Part shown: positions 34,025 to 47,636 of the stretch, piece after piece
How positions within the stretch are numbered: the stretch's first letter is position 1
Layout of the letters: the number at the start of each line of letters is the position of its first letter
Assembly: GCA_964016885.1 (NCBI GenBank)
Contig: OZ024750.1
Span: 45,942,001 to 46,006,000 of the forward strand
Length of the DNA: 64,000 nucleotides
Direction: 5' to 3'
Source of the DNA: Eledone cirrhosa
Lineage: Eukaryota
Position numbers and translations under genes: made by a program
Notes under the pieces: generated by a model
Seen by the model: the letters and a program-made list of their open reading frames with translations, nothing else
Told to the model about the DNA's origin: nothing
Database searches by the model: none

Positions 34025-34087
<63 letters not shown>

Positions 34088-34130
34088 AAATGAAAATCCG
34101 AAGGCAAGGTAAAATTCCTAATCATATTAA

Positions 34131-34202
34131 TCACGACATGTTTCAAAAGGAGATAGATCGATCGTGAAGCCATAATCAATTATCACTGATCTCATCAGGT
34201 GA
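34131..34202 (-). ncRNA. Minimal hammerhead in (TA)n-flanked element 34085-34710
   Basis: Minus strand: tcac-CTGATGA-gatc...-GAAA-catg-TC-gtga; palindromic CATG stem III, GUC site; stem II irregular. Confidence 0.7.
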
Positions 34203-34707
34203 AAATGAATTGTCTTCAAATTCTTGATATGAGGGAGAAAATTAGCAATGTTCACTCACAGAGTTTATTCCCCCATATGAAGATCAAGCAGTCAAAATGC
34301 GGCGACTGCTATCAACTTCAGTTAAGGTCATAAAACTATAAAGTTTCTATATCCCAATAGCTGCAAAAGACGCTGGACATCAATCAAATCTGTAGAAATA
34401 CAGTCGGTCACAGTTAATGTGAGTGCGTACACACACACTCAACACCCATACACACCGATTCGAGGTAAAAAAAAAATATATATATATATACATACATCAA
34501 CACAGTATCAAATCTGTAGAACTATATACGGTCACAATTAGTGTGAGTGGGTACACACACACTCTCACACACACCGAAACGATGTCAAAGAAAAAACAAT
34601 AAATATAAGACTATACCAACATAGCATTCACCGAAAGTTAGTTTACAAAACAACAAATGCTACATTGGTTAATTCTCAATTTGACGATGCAAATTGGAAA
34701 TATTGGG

Positions 34708-34744
<37 letters not shown>

Positions 34745-34992
34745 GGAGCTGAGTTTTATTGTAGCACAATAAAGCAATGCAAATATCGGATAAGTAGCAC
34801 TCAACAGTTTATTGGACTGGAGTATATATAAGAAGAAATTAAAAGATGGTTAAAAAAGTTCCTTGTATTTTATTATGCGCATTTCAAAAACAAATATCAT
34901 CCAGGGACGATATTTGCGTTCTCATCAGATAATGTTGTTTAGACACTACCTTGCTCACAAGTGTCTTTTTAAAGCTTCATATCATGTCTCCC

Positions 34993-35063
34993 TATTTTAT
35001 CTGATGAGAACACAAATACCGTCCCTGGATGATATTTGTTTTTGAAATGCGCATAATAAAATA
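34993..35063 (+). ncRNA. Type I hammerhead in fold-back element 34745-35172; inverted copy at 34866-34932
   Basis: tattttat-CTGATGA-gaacacaaata...tatttgttttt-GAAA-tgcgca-TA-ataaaata; 8-bp stem I, palindromic TGCGCA. Confidence 0.88.
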
Positions 35064-35170
35064 CATGGAACTTTTTTAATCATCCTTTAATTTCTTCTTA
35101 TATACTCCAGTCCAATAAACTGTTGAGTGCTACTTATCCGATATTTGCATTGCTTTATTGTGCTATAAAA

Positions 35171-35273
<103 letters not shown>

Positions 35274-36458
35274 GGCGTGTGGCTGCGTGGTTAGAATATT
35301 GGATTCGCAATCGTAAGGTTGTGAGTTCGATTCCTGGACCAGGCGATGCGTTATGTCCTTCAGCAAGACACTTTATTTCGCGTTGCTGCTTCTACCTGGA
35401 GTTGCCACCGATAGATAGTATTAGCAATTGGAAAGACGAACGTAAACATTTTTTTCCCGGTCCGATTTGACGAAAGTCGATCGATCATATGTGTGTGTGT
35501 GTGTGAGTGTGTGTGTGTGTGAGTGTGTGTGTGTGTGTGTGTGCATGTGTGTGTGTGTGTGCATACATATCCTAGCATCCATACATAAAGATTCACAACA
35601 CCAACCAATTCTCTCTAAAACATTACCATACAGCTTTAACTCCAGAAATAAAGTTTGGACGTTATATTGCCCGACGCTTTATGTCTAAAGAAGAACAGTG
35701 TCGTTTAAGTTTGAACATACTTGATTATATATCTATAGGAAGATGCCTGAGATTATAACAAACAAAATCACACATGCAACACGAATGGCGCCTCATCACA
35801 AATACTACCACTACCACTACTATCATCTATATCACTAACACCAACATTACCAAAACCCTATCACCAAAATAGCTAAAAACATTAGCCAAAATATCATGAA
35901 AAACAAGACCGAAACCCCACCGATACCATCATCAACAAAGACACTACTACTACTACTACTACAACTACTACTACTACTACTACTATAAGTACTACTACTA
36001 CTACTACTACTACTCCTATAACAACGCAACAAAAGCAAGTATGTACCCCGTTTAATTCCGATTCTTGTGAAAGATTTCAAGAGATAATTTGTACGAAAGG
36101 ACTGCCGGTAAAAATGGAAGCCAGTCTAATTTCTTTGAAAGCTATTTCAAAGAAACTTCTGTTGATTTCGCCTGAATCCTTTCTGTAAAAGACACATCAG
36201 AAAGTATGAATTCTCATTAAAAACATGGAATTTATTTATTTTAATCTGGAATGGAACCCTTTCGGTTGCGACTTTCAATGTTACATTCCTTTGACCCAAG
36301 AAACGGCTCGCTTATATAATTAACGTTTTTCTCGGGGAGATTCAGCATGATATATGTGACAAGGCTAATACTTTGAAATCGTTGTCAAATTCAACTGACG
36401 GTTTTTTCAAGCAGTTTCCCATTTATAAATTTATGATTCCTGATTAGCCTCGAAGTAA

Positions 36459-37083
36459 TCTATATATTACTAAAAGTTTGTGATTGCTTGCTTGTCTGTA
36501 ATATAATACAGCCAAAAGGGCGCATAATGGGAAAATACTTTGAAAGGAAATTACCCCTGAAATTGGAATACAATTGGAATAAAACAAGTTCGGGTAAAAT
36601 GGACCTCGGGTTCCTGAGATATGGGCTTTTACCGGGTACCTTCAAAAACAAAATGAGAAAAGGATAGAGAGGAAGAGATAGTGTTGTGACAGAGTAGATT
36701 GAAAGAGAGATATATAGAGAGGGAGAGGTGACAGAGAAGGAGACTGGAGGAGAGAGCTCGTGGTGTTGTTGTGTGTGTATATATATATATATGAGTGCGT
36801 GTATATATATATGTGTGTGTATGTGTGTGTCTATGACCAGTGTATATAGATCACAGACACCCACATATATATAAACACACATATACATATATCTATATAT
36901 GTATACACACACACGTTTATGTACATAAATACACACACGTATGTATATGCGCCTTCCAATTTCATTTCACATTATATACATGTCTGTGTATATTCTAATT
37001 AATCAAAAATGATTTTTAAGTGAACATGATTTGAAAAAAATATTTTGAAGCGAACATGACCCAACGGGTCACGGGTAGTCTAG
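36459..37083 (+). mobile_element. Non-autonomous Helitron
   Basis: A|TCtatatattactaaaa 5' end; 3' hairpin tgaccc-aac-gggtca then CTAG|T; no TSD, inserted between A and T. Confidence 0.8.
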
Positions 37084-37802
37084 TATCATATGAAACTTAC
37101 TCAAGATATAACGCCTAAGTGCTTTTGTGTGTATGCATTTGCGTTTGTGTGTATACTCATTTTCTAGTGTTAGGGAGTACTGCATATGAATGTGTATATC
37201 TATTTATGTATGAATATATATATGCGCGAGGAGATAGAACTAGTCGGGCGTGAAGGACCCGTAGCCTTTGTCAAGGCATTCTTCTACAAGAAGGCAACTC
37301 AAGAAACTGGGATAACTCACTTCGATATAAATCCTGCGGCTCAGTATTTACCGATGATGTTGATCTTTTCTTCTTTTCGGGTTATAGCTACTGTCGCTCA
37401 GAGAGTGGGATTGTCTCAGTGCAGAGTCTTTCCTCACTTTACAAAATATCTTCACGCACAGGCATTGCACGCTAGAATTTATTGATAATTATTAATAATG
37501 GTATATCGTGCAATGGCCATACTCGATAACGAGGGGGCAGCCATCATGTATGTATGTATAGGATGAAGGCGAACGGAGTTTGAAAAGTTGTATACACATA
37601 TATGTAAGTTTTTCTACATGTATTTATATGTCTGTATTTGAATGATTATATAAAGAGAAACATGCACCAATGTATATATAGATTTTCACACGTTTGTATA
37701 TAAACATCTAAACATACCATATGACCGCTTACGCAAAACACCAGGACTATTAATAACACTACAAGAGCAGGGACTCACCATTCAATATGATTGTATAGTA
37801 TA

Positions 37803-38211
37803 CTAGACCACCCGCGACCCATTGGCTCACGTTGACCTAAAAATATATTTTTTTAAATCATGTTCACTTAAAAATAATTTTTACCGCTCTCTCTCTCTCC
37901 TCCAATTTGCTTCTCTGTCTCCTTCTCTCTCCCCCTCTCTCTCTCTCTCTCTCCCCCTCCTCCAATTTCCTTCTCTGTCTCCTTCTCTCTCTCTCTTCCA
38001 ATTTCCTTCTCTGTTCTTTCTCCCTATCTCTCTCTCTCTCTCTCTATCTATCTTCCAATTTCCTTCTCTGCCCCCCCCCCCCCATATCCCCCTCCCGCTC
38101 TCTCTCTCTCCAATTTCCTTCTCTCTCTCCCTCTCCATCTCTCTCCCTCTCTCTCCCTCTCTCTCTTTCAATCTACTCGCTCATAATCACAGAATTTTAG
38201 TAGTCTATAGA
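37803..38211 (-). mobile_element. Second, internally deleted copy of the same non-autonomous Helitron
   Basis: Minus strand begins tctatagactactaaaatt, shares gagtagattgaaagagaga and tttttaagtgaacatgattt with 36459-37083, and ends hairpin + CTAG. Confidence 0.75.
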
Positions 38212-38334
38212 AAACATGTAACGTGCAAGAAAATGTCTGGCTCAAGTACACAACGTGCTGACAGGAATCGAACTCACGATCTTTCGTTCACGAATGAGTC
38301 AACCCATTTAATTACTAACTCACACACTTTCATA

Positions 38335-38380
<46 letters not shown>

Positions 38381-38738
38381 GTATAGAAACAGATGAAGAG
38401 CAGCTGAATATAAAACATGCTAGAAAGAGCGACAGTGTCGTTGATCCAGAGAGTGAAAGATAGAGACAGAGAAAGAGAAAGAGAAATAGAAAGAGTGAAA
38501 GAGAGAAAGAGAACGAGAAAGAGAAAGATAGATACGGATGGAGAAATAGGAAGAAAATAGAGCCAGAGAATAGAGAGGGTGGGTGAGATATATTAGGATA
38601 AAGAAAAGAAGGAGGAACAGAAAGAGAAGCAAGAAAGAAAAAAGATATTTGAAAAGATTAATGCATATAAAGAGGTATGGAGAGAGGCAAAGATGGAGAC
38701 TAAAGAGAATGAGAGAAAAGGGAAGAGGCAACTTGGGT

Positions 38739-39164
38739 GAATTTAGAAAGGGCAGATAATTGAGTGATAGAAAGAGGCAAATATAGAGAATTTAGGAACG
38801 GCAGGTAATTGAGTGATAGAGTGAGGCAGATAGAGAGAATTTAGAAAGGGCAGGTAATTGTGTGATAGAAAGAGGCAGATACAGAGAATTTAGAAGGGGC
38901 AGGTAATTCAGTGATAGAAAGAGACAAATATAGAGGATTTAGAAAAGGGCAGGTAATTGTGTGATAGAAAGAGGCAGATAGAGAGGATTTAGAAAGGGCA
39001 GGTAATTGAGTGATAGAAAGAGGCAAATAGAGAGAATTTAGAAAGGGCAGGTAATTGAGTGTTAGAACCGGCAAATATAGAGGATTTAGAAAGGGCGGGT
39101 AATTAAGTGATAGAAAGAGGCAAATATAGAGAATTTAGAAAGGGCAGGTAATTCAGTGATAGAA
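38739..39164 (+). repeat. 49-bp minisatellite, about 8.7 copies
   Basis: Unit gaatttagaaagggcaggtaattgagtgatagaaagaggcaaatataga. Confidence 0.92.
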
Positions 39165-39717
39165 ATCAGGAAAATCATCAAATGGAAGCCATCTTTCTTT
39201 TTCCCCTGATATTCTTTTTTTCGTTGCTCACAAGTGAAGTCAGTTGTGTGACATTGTCAATAAGAAACAAACTGCTATTTTAACAAAGGGACATAATAGA
39301 CGATTCACCAAACACACCAACATAAACACAAGCAATTTCCTTAAAAATATCTAAAGAATAACACTTAAAAATATAATCGAAATAAATTTAAGGAAATATT
39401 TTACAATTGTCATTGATAACGGTTTTCTTTTACATTTTTTTTAGATATCTTTTCATGTTTAGTTGATTTATATTTTTTAATATATTTCTCCCCTTTATGA
39501 TTGATTAATTGTTATTTGTCATGTCGCCTGATCGATAGCTTTCAAGAACAATAATATTGAAAAAAATAATAATAAAAGAATTAGAGAAAAAGGAAAAAAA
39601 AAACATGCAATTATAAAATAAGAGAAAATAAAGCAGAGATTTTTTATTCTTTTCGAAAAGTTCCACCTATGATGATTCTATGAAACAACTGACAACAATA
39701 GTATTGATGATAATAGT

Positions 39718-39751
<34 letters not shown>

Positions 39752-39849
39752 GCAACAACAGCAACAACAACTGTAATAGTAACAACAACAACGACAATAA
39801 TAATAATAACAGCAACGTCGACGACGATGACGGTGTTGATGATGATGAT

Positions 39850-40080
39850 GAAGAAGAAGAAGAAGAAGAAGAAGAAGAAGAAGAAGAAGAAGAAGAAGAA
39901 GAAGAAGAAGAAGAAGAAGAAGAAGAAGAAGAAGAAGAAGAAGAAGAAGAAGAAGAAGAAGAAGAAGAAGAAGAAGAAGAAGAAGAAGAAGAAGAAGAAG
40001 AAGAAGAAGAAGAAGAAGAAGAAGAAGAAGAAGAAGAAGAAGAAGAAGAAGAAGAAGAAGAAGAAGAAGAAGAAGAAGAA
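39850..40080 (+). repeat. Pure (GAA)n tract, about 77 units
   Basis: Directly visible. Confidence 0.98.
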
Positions 40081-41914
40081 AGGAATGTGTGTGTACCTGC
40101 GATTGTAACTGATGTTATACACAACCAGTTTTCACCGTATAGACCTGGGCACGTTCAGGAGAACAAGAATCCTAGAATCTGGAAATGGCGTCAATTCCCT
40201 AAATCTTTGCCTGAAAAAGTACATTCTTCTCCAAATTTAAAAGGAAAAGTAACTTCAAATGACTTGTACGGTTGTTACCTGGAACATGTTTGTTACCTTC
40301 AGATATTTCGTTTACAATGAACAACCTTGTAAACGTTCAACACTTCTTCACATGTACTTCAAGATAAACATATTTCCTAGAAAACGTATGGTGCATTTTA
40401 CCAAACAAGACTAATAAATATAAGAACATTAACGATTTCTATATTGATCAAAAGAAATTGAAGATGTACAGGACAGCAGATATGTTAACTAGAAAATAAA
40501 ATAAAATAGAAGGGGAGATACTCCAAACAATAAATTCACGTTATAAATATGTGTGTGTGTGTGTGACAGCTCACACCTATGAACGTTTAGCTGGCCTCCT
40601 CAAGGGTATATCTCGGTGGAGGTGTCTTGGGTGATTTAATGATAGGGACCTCAGTCCCATCATCTCATTTCTGCAGCTGAGTAAACTGGAGCAACGTGAA
40701 ATAAAGTGTATTGCACAAGGAAACAACACATCACCCGTTCCGAGAATTGAACTCAGAACCTTTCGATTTCAAGGCCAATGCTCTAACCACTAAGTCATGT
40801 ACTTTACATTATAAATTGACCCTCAGAAATAGCAACGATAGTTTATATTAAACGCAAAATAGCAGCAAAAAAGCTTCTTGAAATGGGCAATCATATAATT
40901 CAGGATATTCCAATCAAATAATGTCTGATCATGACACACTAAAAGCAAACACCATCTCTGATTTATTGTCGCCAAGTAACACACACTGTTGTTGTTGTTG
41001 GCGATGTAGTCGGCGGTGTTGTATGTGGCTGTTGTTGGCGGTGTTGTCAAATAGGTAGCGGAGATTATAATTGTTGTATTATTGATGTAGTAATAATTGT
41101 TTATACTCTTGTCACAAGGCCAGCAATTACCCCAGTGCATTACTGGTACTTTATTTTATCGACCCCGTAAGGATGAAAGGCAAAGTTAAAATGATAATAT
41201 GATGGTTGTAGCTATGATAATGATCACTATGGTTTCTAATTTAGGCGAAAGGCCTACAATTAGTTGGTTCCTTCCTGGTAGTTTATACCTTCCACGGAAG
41301 GATGAATGACAAATATGACCTAGATGAGGTTTAGACCCAGGACATCAAGATATTAAGAGACAAATCAAAATGTTTTGTCCGACGCTCTTATGATTATGAT
41401 GATGATCATGAAAATTATTGTTTTGTCGAAATTCTTGTTATTCTACGAGACGACTTGTTTGGTCTAAGTTTATTCTGGATCAATTCAGTCAATTTACTCT
41501 TTCTAAATATTTAATTTTATTGAATATTCATTCACGTTTTTCTTCTTCCATGTCGAGGTTCCTCTTATAAATAGAAAAAATCCCAGAACTTTGCAATTCG
41601 TTCTAACACTGTCACTCAATTGTCGCCCCTGCGGCAATAAGGAAATTGACCCTAGGTTGCTGAATATCTTTTAGAATAATTATATTGTAAATAGTGTATA
41701 TCATGCTGTTATCATTTCCTTTATGTTTATATTTTCTCCCCTGTTAACCTAAATTCGATCTCGATTTAAAAATAAGAAAAGAGAATATAGAAACACCATT
41801 TTGAAATACTATAATGTCTCGTATTTGTGGCAATAAAGAAATCTTTGTCATTTTAATATTACTATTGAAATAATTGTTATATTATTCGTAGTAGTATCAG
41901 TACTTATAGTAGTA

Positions 41915-41990
<76 letters not shown>

Positions 41991-42290
41991 CAGCAGCAGT
42001 AGTAGTGGTTGTTGTTCTTGTTGTTTCTGCAGTTTTAAACAGTGTCGTAATAAAGACACACACACACATATATATACATACACACACACACGCATACACA
42101 CACACACATATATATTTTTTTTACAACACATACACACACTTTCTCTCTCTCTCTCTCATATATATTTATATATATATATATAATTTCCTTTACTCTTTAA
42201 ATATTGATTTTCCTCCCTTTTCTCTCCGCCCTTTTTTAAATGTCTTTCCACTACTCCCCCACACACCCTCGGAACTCTCTTCCTACTCAC

Positions 42291-42330
42291 TGTTCTCTTG
42301 ATGAAGGGCTTATGCCCGAAACGTCGTCCC
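42291..42330 (+). ncRNA. Decayed minimal hammerhead of PLE type
   Basis: TTGATGA-a-gggc(ttat)gccc-GAAA-cg-TC; core has a C to T change and stem I is not well paired. Confidence 0.55.
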
Positions 42331-42544
42331 CCACCCCACACTCTCAAGTGTGAAACTAAAAACCATATCATTTGTACTGCCTCTCTGTTTTTTGTTCTCT
42401 GTTCATTTATAACAACTATATATCTCTCTGTCTCTCTCTCTCCCTCTCTCTCTCTCTCTCCCTCTCTCCCTCTCTCTCTCTCTACCTATATATATATATT
42501 AATTCAAAATATTAACAAAATAGACCTTCTTGTGATCAAGTATG

Positions 42545-42603
42545 TTATTATACATATTTCAGAGGTACTGAGTTAAGTTCAACAGTACGTCCTCATCAGA
42601 TAA
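42545..42603 (-). ncRNA. Type I hammerhead in fold-back element 42500-42770 (decayed relative at 55418-55725)
   Basis: Minus strand: ttat-CTGATGA-ggacgtactg...cagtacctct-GAAA-tatgta-TA-ataa. The copy near 55560-55615 has a core mutated to ATGATGA. Confidence 0.75.
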
Positions 42604-42763
42604 GATAAGATGATGCATGACATACCCTGATTACAAGAATGTCTATTTTGTTAATATTTTGAATTAATATTAATAACTCTGGAAACTCTTTTTTTTATTT
42701 TGTTGAGTGCTTCCAATCTATTGTAAAACTCATTCTTTGATGTATTCATTAAACCTTGTTTAA

Positions 42764-42875
<112 letters not shown>

Positions 42876-43180
42876 GTGTGTGTGTTGGAAAAAAACAATA
42901 ATTTTAATGTTTAACGCTTTATGTTTTGTTTTTTTATACGACCTTTTCAATGGCTTTTCAATTTGCCAATTGACAGACAATATTGTCGTCAAAAATAACT
43001 ATTTAGAGTGTTTTAAACAGCTAAAATATGAAATACGAACTAGAACATTCATCATTATCATTATTATTATCAACATTAGTATTTTTATTGTATATATACA
43101 TGTATATATATGTGTGTGTGTGTATGTGTTTATATATATATGTGTGTGTGTGTTTATATATATGTGTGTGTGTGTGTGTT

Positions 43181-43225
<45 letters not shown>

Positions 43226-43296
43226 TTATATATATAAGTGTATATATATATATATGTGTGTGTGTGTATTTATATATATAAGTGTATATATATATA

Positions 43297-43327
<31 letters not shown>

Positions 43328-43507
43328 CCGGTTTTATTATTTTTTGTTTCATTATTACAGTGAACATAACATTGAAAGGGTGGTTTATTTGATCATAAAC
43401 GAGCATAATGGGTATTTGTATAGGTGAAATATTGGTAATTAACTGAGAGCATTTGAAACAGGTATATAAACAGCAAAAAATATGATCACTGCTAGTAGTA
43501 GTAGTAA

Positions 43508-43573
<66 letters not shown>

Positions 43574-44424
43574 AAGAAGATGGAATAGTATGTAAGAATT
43601 TTTTTTTTTCAATGGCTGCCAAATTCTTTCTATTGTTATTGAATAGTAAATTGATATGAAATCTGAGATGATGTAAAAAAGGGTAACCTAATAGCATCTT
43701 TATACACACACATGCACACGCATACATACACACACACAGACACACACAGACACACACACACACACACACACACACACATCCCCACACACATATACACACA
43801 CACACACGTACACAAACACATACATACACACATACACATATATATATATATATATCAATGATATTAATAAATGGAAACTATAATTATAAAACCATATTAT
43901 TCTATTATATATATTTCAAGGGTACCAAAACTTTGGTACGCTCTCATAAAAAAAAATACAAAATTTGTTTCATAAATAGTGACATATCCAGGAATCAGAC
44001 CTTAACATTTCGGGTTCCGTTTGGATAATTGATATTATACTCCAGAAAAACTTTCGAGTGCTTCGAATCTGTTATATATATTTGTGTTGAATTACCAACA
44101 AATTAAATATCTCTTTGCTTATATATATACATATAAGTTAAAACAATGAAATAAAAATTCAAGTCATTAGACTGATTGCTTTTCAAAACATCTGGTGATA
44201 TGCATGTAAGCAAATGTTCTCTCTATCTGATAGTTTGTAAACTTACATAGATCAATAGCTGAGTATAGATACAATGTATTATCACCATCTAGAAACGAAT
44301 GTAAAGAAGTGAAGTATATCTCTAATGACTTGATTTTTTATTTCATTGTTTTAACTTATATCATGGCTCTGTTTACCTTTTAATGTTTTATTGCTTTCTG
44401 TGGTTTTTCAATATATATATATTT

Positions 44425-44531
44425 AAATGGAAAAAATGAAACGAAATTTGATTTCTCACTCTTAGTACGGTTGTTACTTCTGTTACTACTGTACGTCTGT
44501 ATACATATATGTATGTACGTATACATACTTA

Positions 44532-44582
<51 letters not shown>

Positions 44583-44992
44583 CAAGTATGTATGTATGTA
44601 TACGTACATACAGACGTACAGTAGTATGTATATATATATATACATACATGCACACACATATATATGCACGTATTGGTTTACCGAACATTTATTATAATGC
44701 TCGGTTTGTTTGTTTGTAAACAAACAAACAGCCCGAATTACGCCGTACAATGTTTAGGCAACCACGTCACCTTTTTGTTCAACACTGACACAGGAACGAT
44801 GTACTAGTTTCAAGCTTATTAGCTATCGTCAGCATCGTATATCTTCCTGCCATATGGTTGAACGTCTGAAAGTATATACTTTCCTTATGCATATTAACGG
44901 TTGAGCAGCCTAATTTGCATATCGAGTGAGTTCAACCATCTGGCAGGAAGGTATACGATGCTGACGATAGCTAATAAGCTTGTTAGCTATCG
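44425..44992 (-). mobile_element. Diverged single monomer of the ~500-nt hammerhead family, with a short inverted end
   Basis: Shares blocks with 31739-32528 (aggcaaccacgtcacctttttgttcaacactgacac, gagcagcctaatttgcatat). 44931-44982 is an inverted partial copy. Confidence 0.8.
44796..44838 (-). ncRNA. Minimal hammerhead, variant of the 32649 family
   Basis: Minus strand: acgatg-CTGACGA-t-agct(aata)agct-t-GAAA-ctag-TA-catcgt. Changes from 32649 fall only at the variable core position 7, the loop, and a G.U to A-U pair. Confidence 0.9.
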
Positions 44993-45017
44993 CCTTTTTT
45001 AGATCATCTTATATTCC

Positions 45018-45090
<73 letters not shown>

Positions 45091-45899
45091 TAAATATTGT
45101 TGACTCTTATCCAGCCGAAGCGAGGATATGAGACAATTCATGAGGTGAGTGACAGGCAGATGAAATACAGAAAAGGTTGAGAGAATAATAGGATAAGGAG
45201 AAGTGTGATGGCGCATGGAATTGCCTGGAAGAAGGAAATAAAGAACGGTCATATACAAGACAAGTTCACACACACTTCTTCACTACCATCAACTCTCAGA
45301 CCAGCAAAATATTTTCACACGATTTAATTTTAGAGTGTACCATTTTAAAACGCTGGATCATGCAACAAAAAACATTCTATTGGTGTGTGTGATAAAACAA
45401 ACAGAACAAATAGAAGAAGGAAAGAAGACAAAGCAAAGAAAATAATGGGGAAAATGGACCACATGCTGTAATTTTTCTCCTAAATTGAAAACTAATCATA
45501 GTTATAATAAATTTAATATGGATAAATACTTTTCACTCTGATCGAGACGAACCGAAAGTATAATTGAATTCATAGAAAAAACTCATCGCTAGAACAACCC
45601 CAAAACAGCCAAATGTTGTCAATGATACCGTCAAGCAAACTGCCTCAGAGGATAGAGACCAAGGGCCATGAGTCGGCAGAGAAACAAACCACGAAATGGG
45701 TTACTGGTAGATGAAATCTTGAAACGATTGAGAGAGAAGAAGGGCAAGAAGTGTGTTGACACATAGATCCAGTATTATAAAATTTTACTTTCAATTAAAT
45801 CGTACTGAAACCATTTTGCTGGTTTGAGAGCAAATGAGAATGAACCTGTAACCCCCCTCGTGAACTGTCTCTCTACCGACCACTGGCCGATGGTCTCTA

Positions 45900-46380
45900 A
45901 CATCTAAGGCACGTTTGCCAATCGCTGTCGTTTACAGCATTTGGCTGCTTTAAATGCGGATTGCTTGGATGAAAGAGATGAGCTACAGGAAAAGCTAGAA
46001 AAAATAAAGCTTCATTCCTTGGAGCGAAGACTGGAAAGATACGCAGTGATACATGTATGGAAGATCCTGGAGTCGTTAGCAGCATTGAAGAAAGGACCAG
46101 CCAAGGAAGAGGAGGCCACCGCTTTGTGCCAAAGTTCCCATACGTCGCATCAAGAATAATGACAACATATAGTAATAGCCTAGTGCTCAGGAGTCCCACG
46201 CTTTTAATAAGCAACCTAAAAAGCTTAGGGATCCAGATGGTCTTCATGTAGATGTTTTCAAGATATATCTCGACATTCTACAGACCAAAATCCCGGTTGA
46301 ATCCACAGAACAAGGCGAAGTGCAAATAATAGCAGCAGCAACAAACTCCTTTCGTATCAATGGCCAACCAGAGAAGACTG
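45900..46380 (+). mobile_element. CR1-like LINE RT C-terminal remnant
   Basis: LQEKLEKIKLHSLERRLERYAVIHVWKILE resembles the RL..L.L.SLERRR.R..(I)..WKIL motif after CR1-group RT; frameshifted. Confidence 0.65.
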
Positions 46381-46474
46381 GGTATAGCAAATGTAGGATC
46401 AATGACAATGGTTGAGAATGGCCTCAGACTGTCGTCTAGAACACATTGTAGAGTATAACATATAATATACAATA

Positions 46475-46509
<35 letters not shown>

Positions 46510-46580
46510 CTACCTCTCTCTCTCTCTACCTCTCTCTCTCTATCTCTCTCTATATATATATATTCGCATATCTCTCTCTG

Positions 46581-46631
<51 letters not shown>

Positions 46632-46633
46632 GC

Positions 46634-46668
<35 letters not shown>

Positions 46669-46727
46669 CATATATATGTATATATATGTATATATATATG
46701 TATATATATATATATATATATTATTTC

Positions 46728-46776
<49 letters not shown>

Positions 46777-46786
46777 GCGTATATAC

Positions 46787-46818
<32 letters not shown>

Positions 46819-47044
46819 GAATAAATATGTATATATATGTATGTATATATATATACAATATATGTATATATGTGTATATATATATGCGCATATATACATA
46901 TGTATATATATATATATATAATATGAAATAATATATATATATATATATACATTTATATGCGTGTGTGTTTAAATATATATATTTATACATACATTATATA
47001 TATATATACATACATTATATATATATATATATATATGTGTGTGC

Positions 47045-47135
<91 letters not shown>

Positions 47136-47580
47136 CATACACATTCTCACATACTTACACACATATACATACACACAGGTCTATATACACATATCTGTCT
47201 ATCACGGATCTCTCACTTTGTCTCTTTGTCTTTATATAACTATCTCGGTTTAACGCAACAAACAAATAACTCAATCCTGCGGTAAAGATCTTATCACGGT
47301 CACAAATCCTCTACAAAAAATGAACGAACCACAAAAAATCCCTGAAAACAACAAGGAAAAAATATTAACAATAATATTGATGTCAGAAGAAAATTAGAAA
47401 TATGGGCAGAGAAGATGAAGAATGACCTAGATCGATGTATTTTTTTGTCTTTAGTGCATTCATATGTGTATACGTGTGTATGTGGCAAAGTGTGTGTAGG
47501 TTTGTGTAAGTTCGGAGCAATTAGTTCTGTTTTTATGTGTTTGTATATTATATATGTGGGTGATTTCTTGATACGTATTG

Positions 47581-47636
<56 letters not shown>

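Larger units (their letters stand above)
31739..34029. mobile_element. Retrozyme-like / non-autonomous PLE-type array of ~500-nt hammerhead-containing monomers (about 1.6 copies minus, then 3 copies plus)
   Basis: Near-identical units of 496-500 nt. Minus arm 31739-32528, plus arm 32526-34029, inversion junction with ctt microhomology. (TA)n on both sides; no RT coding sequence. Confidence 0.85.
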
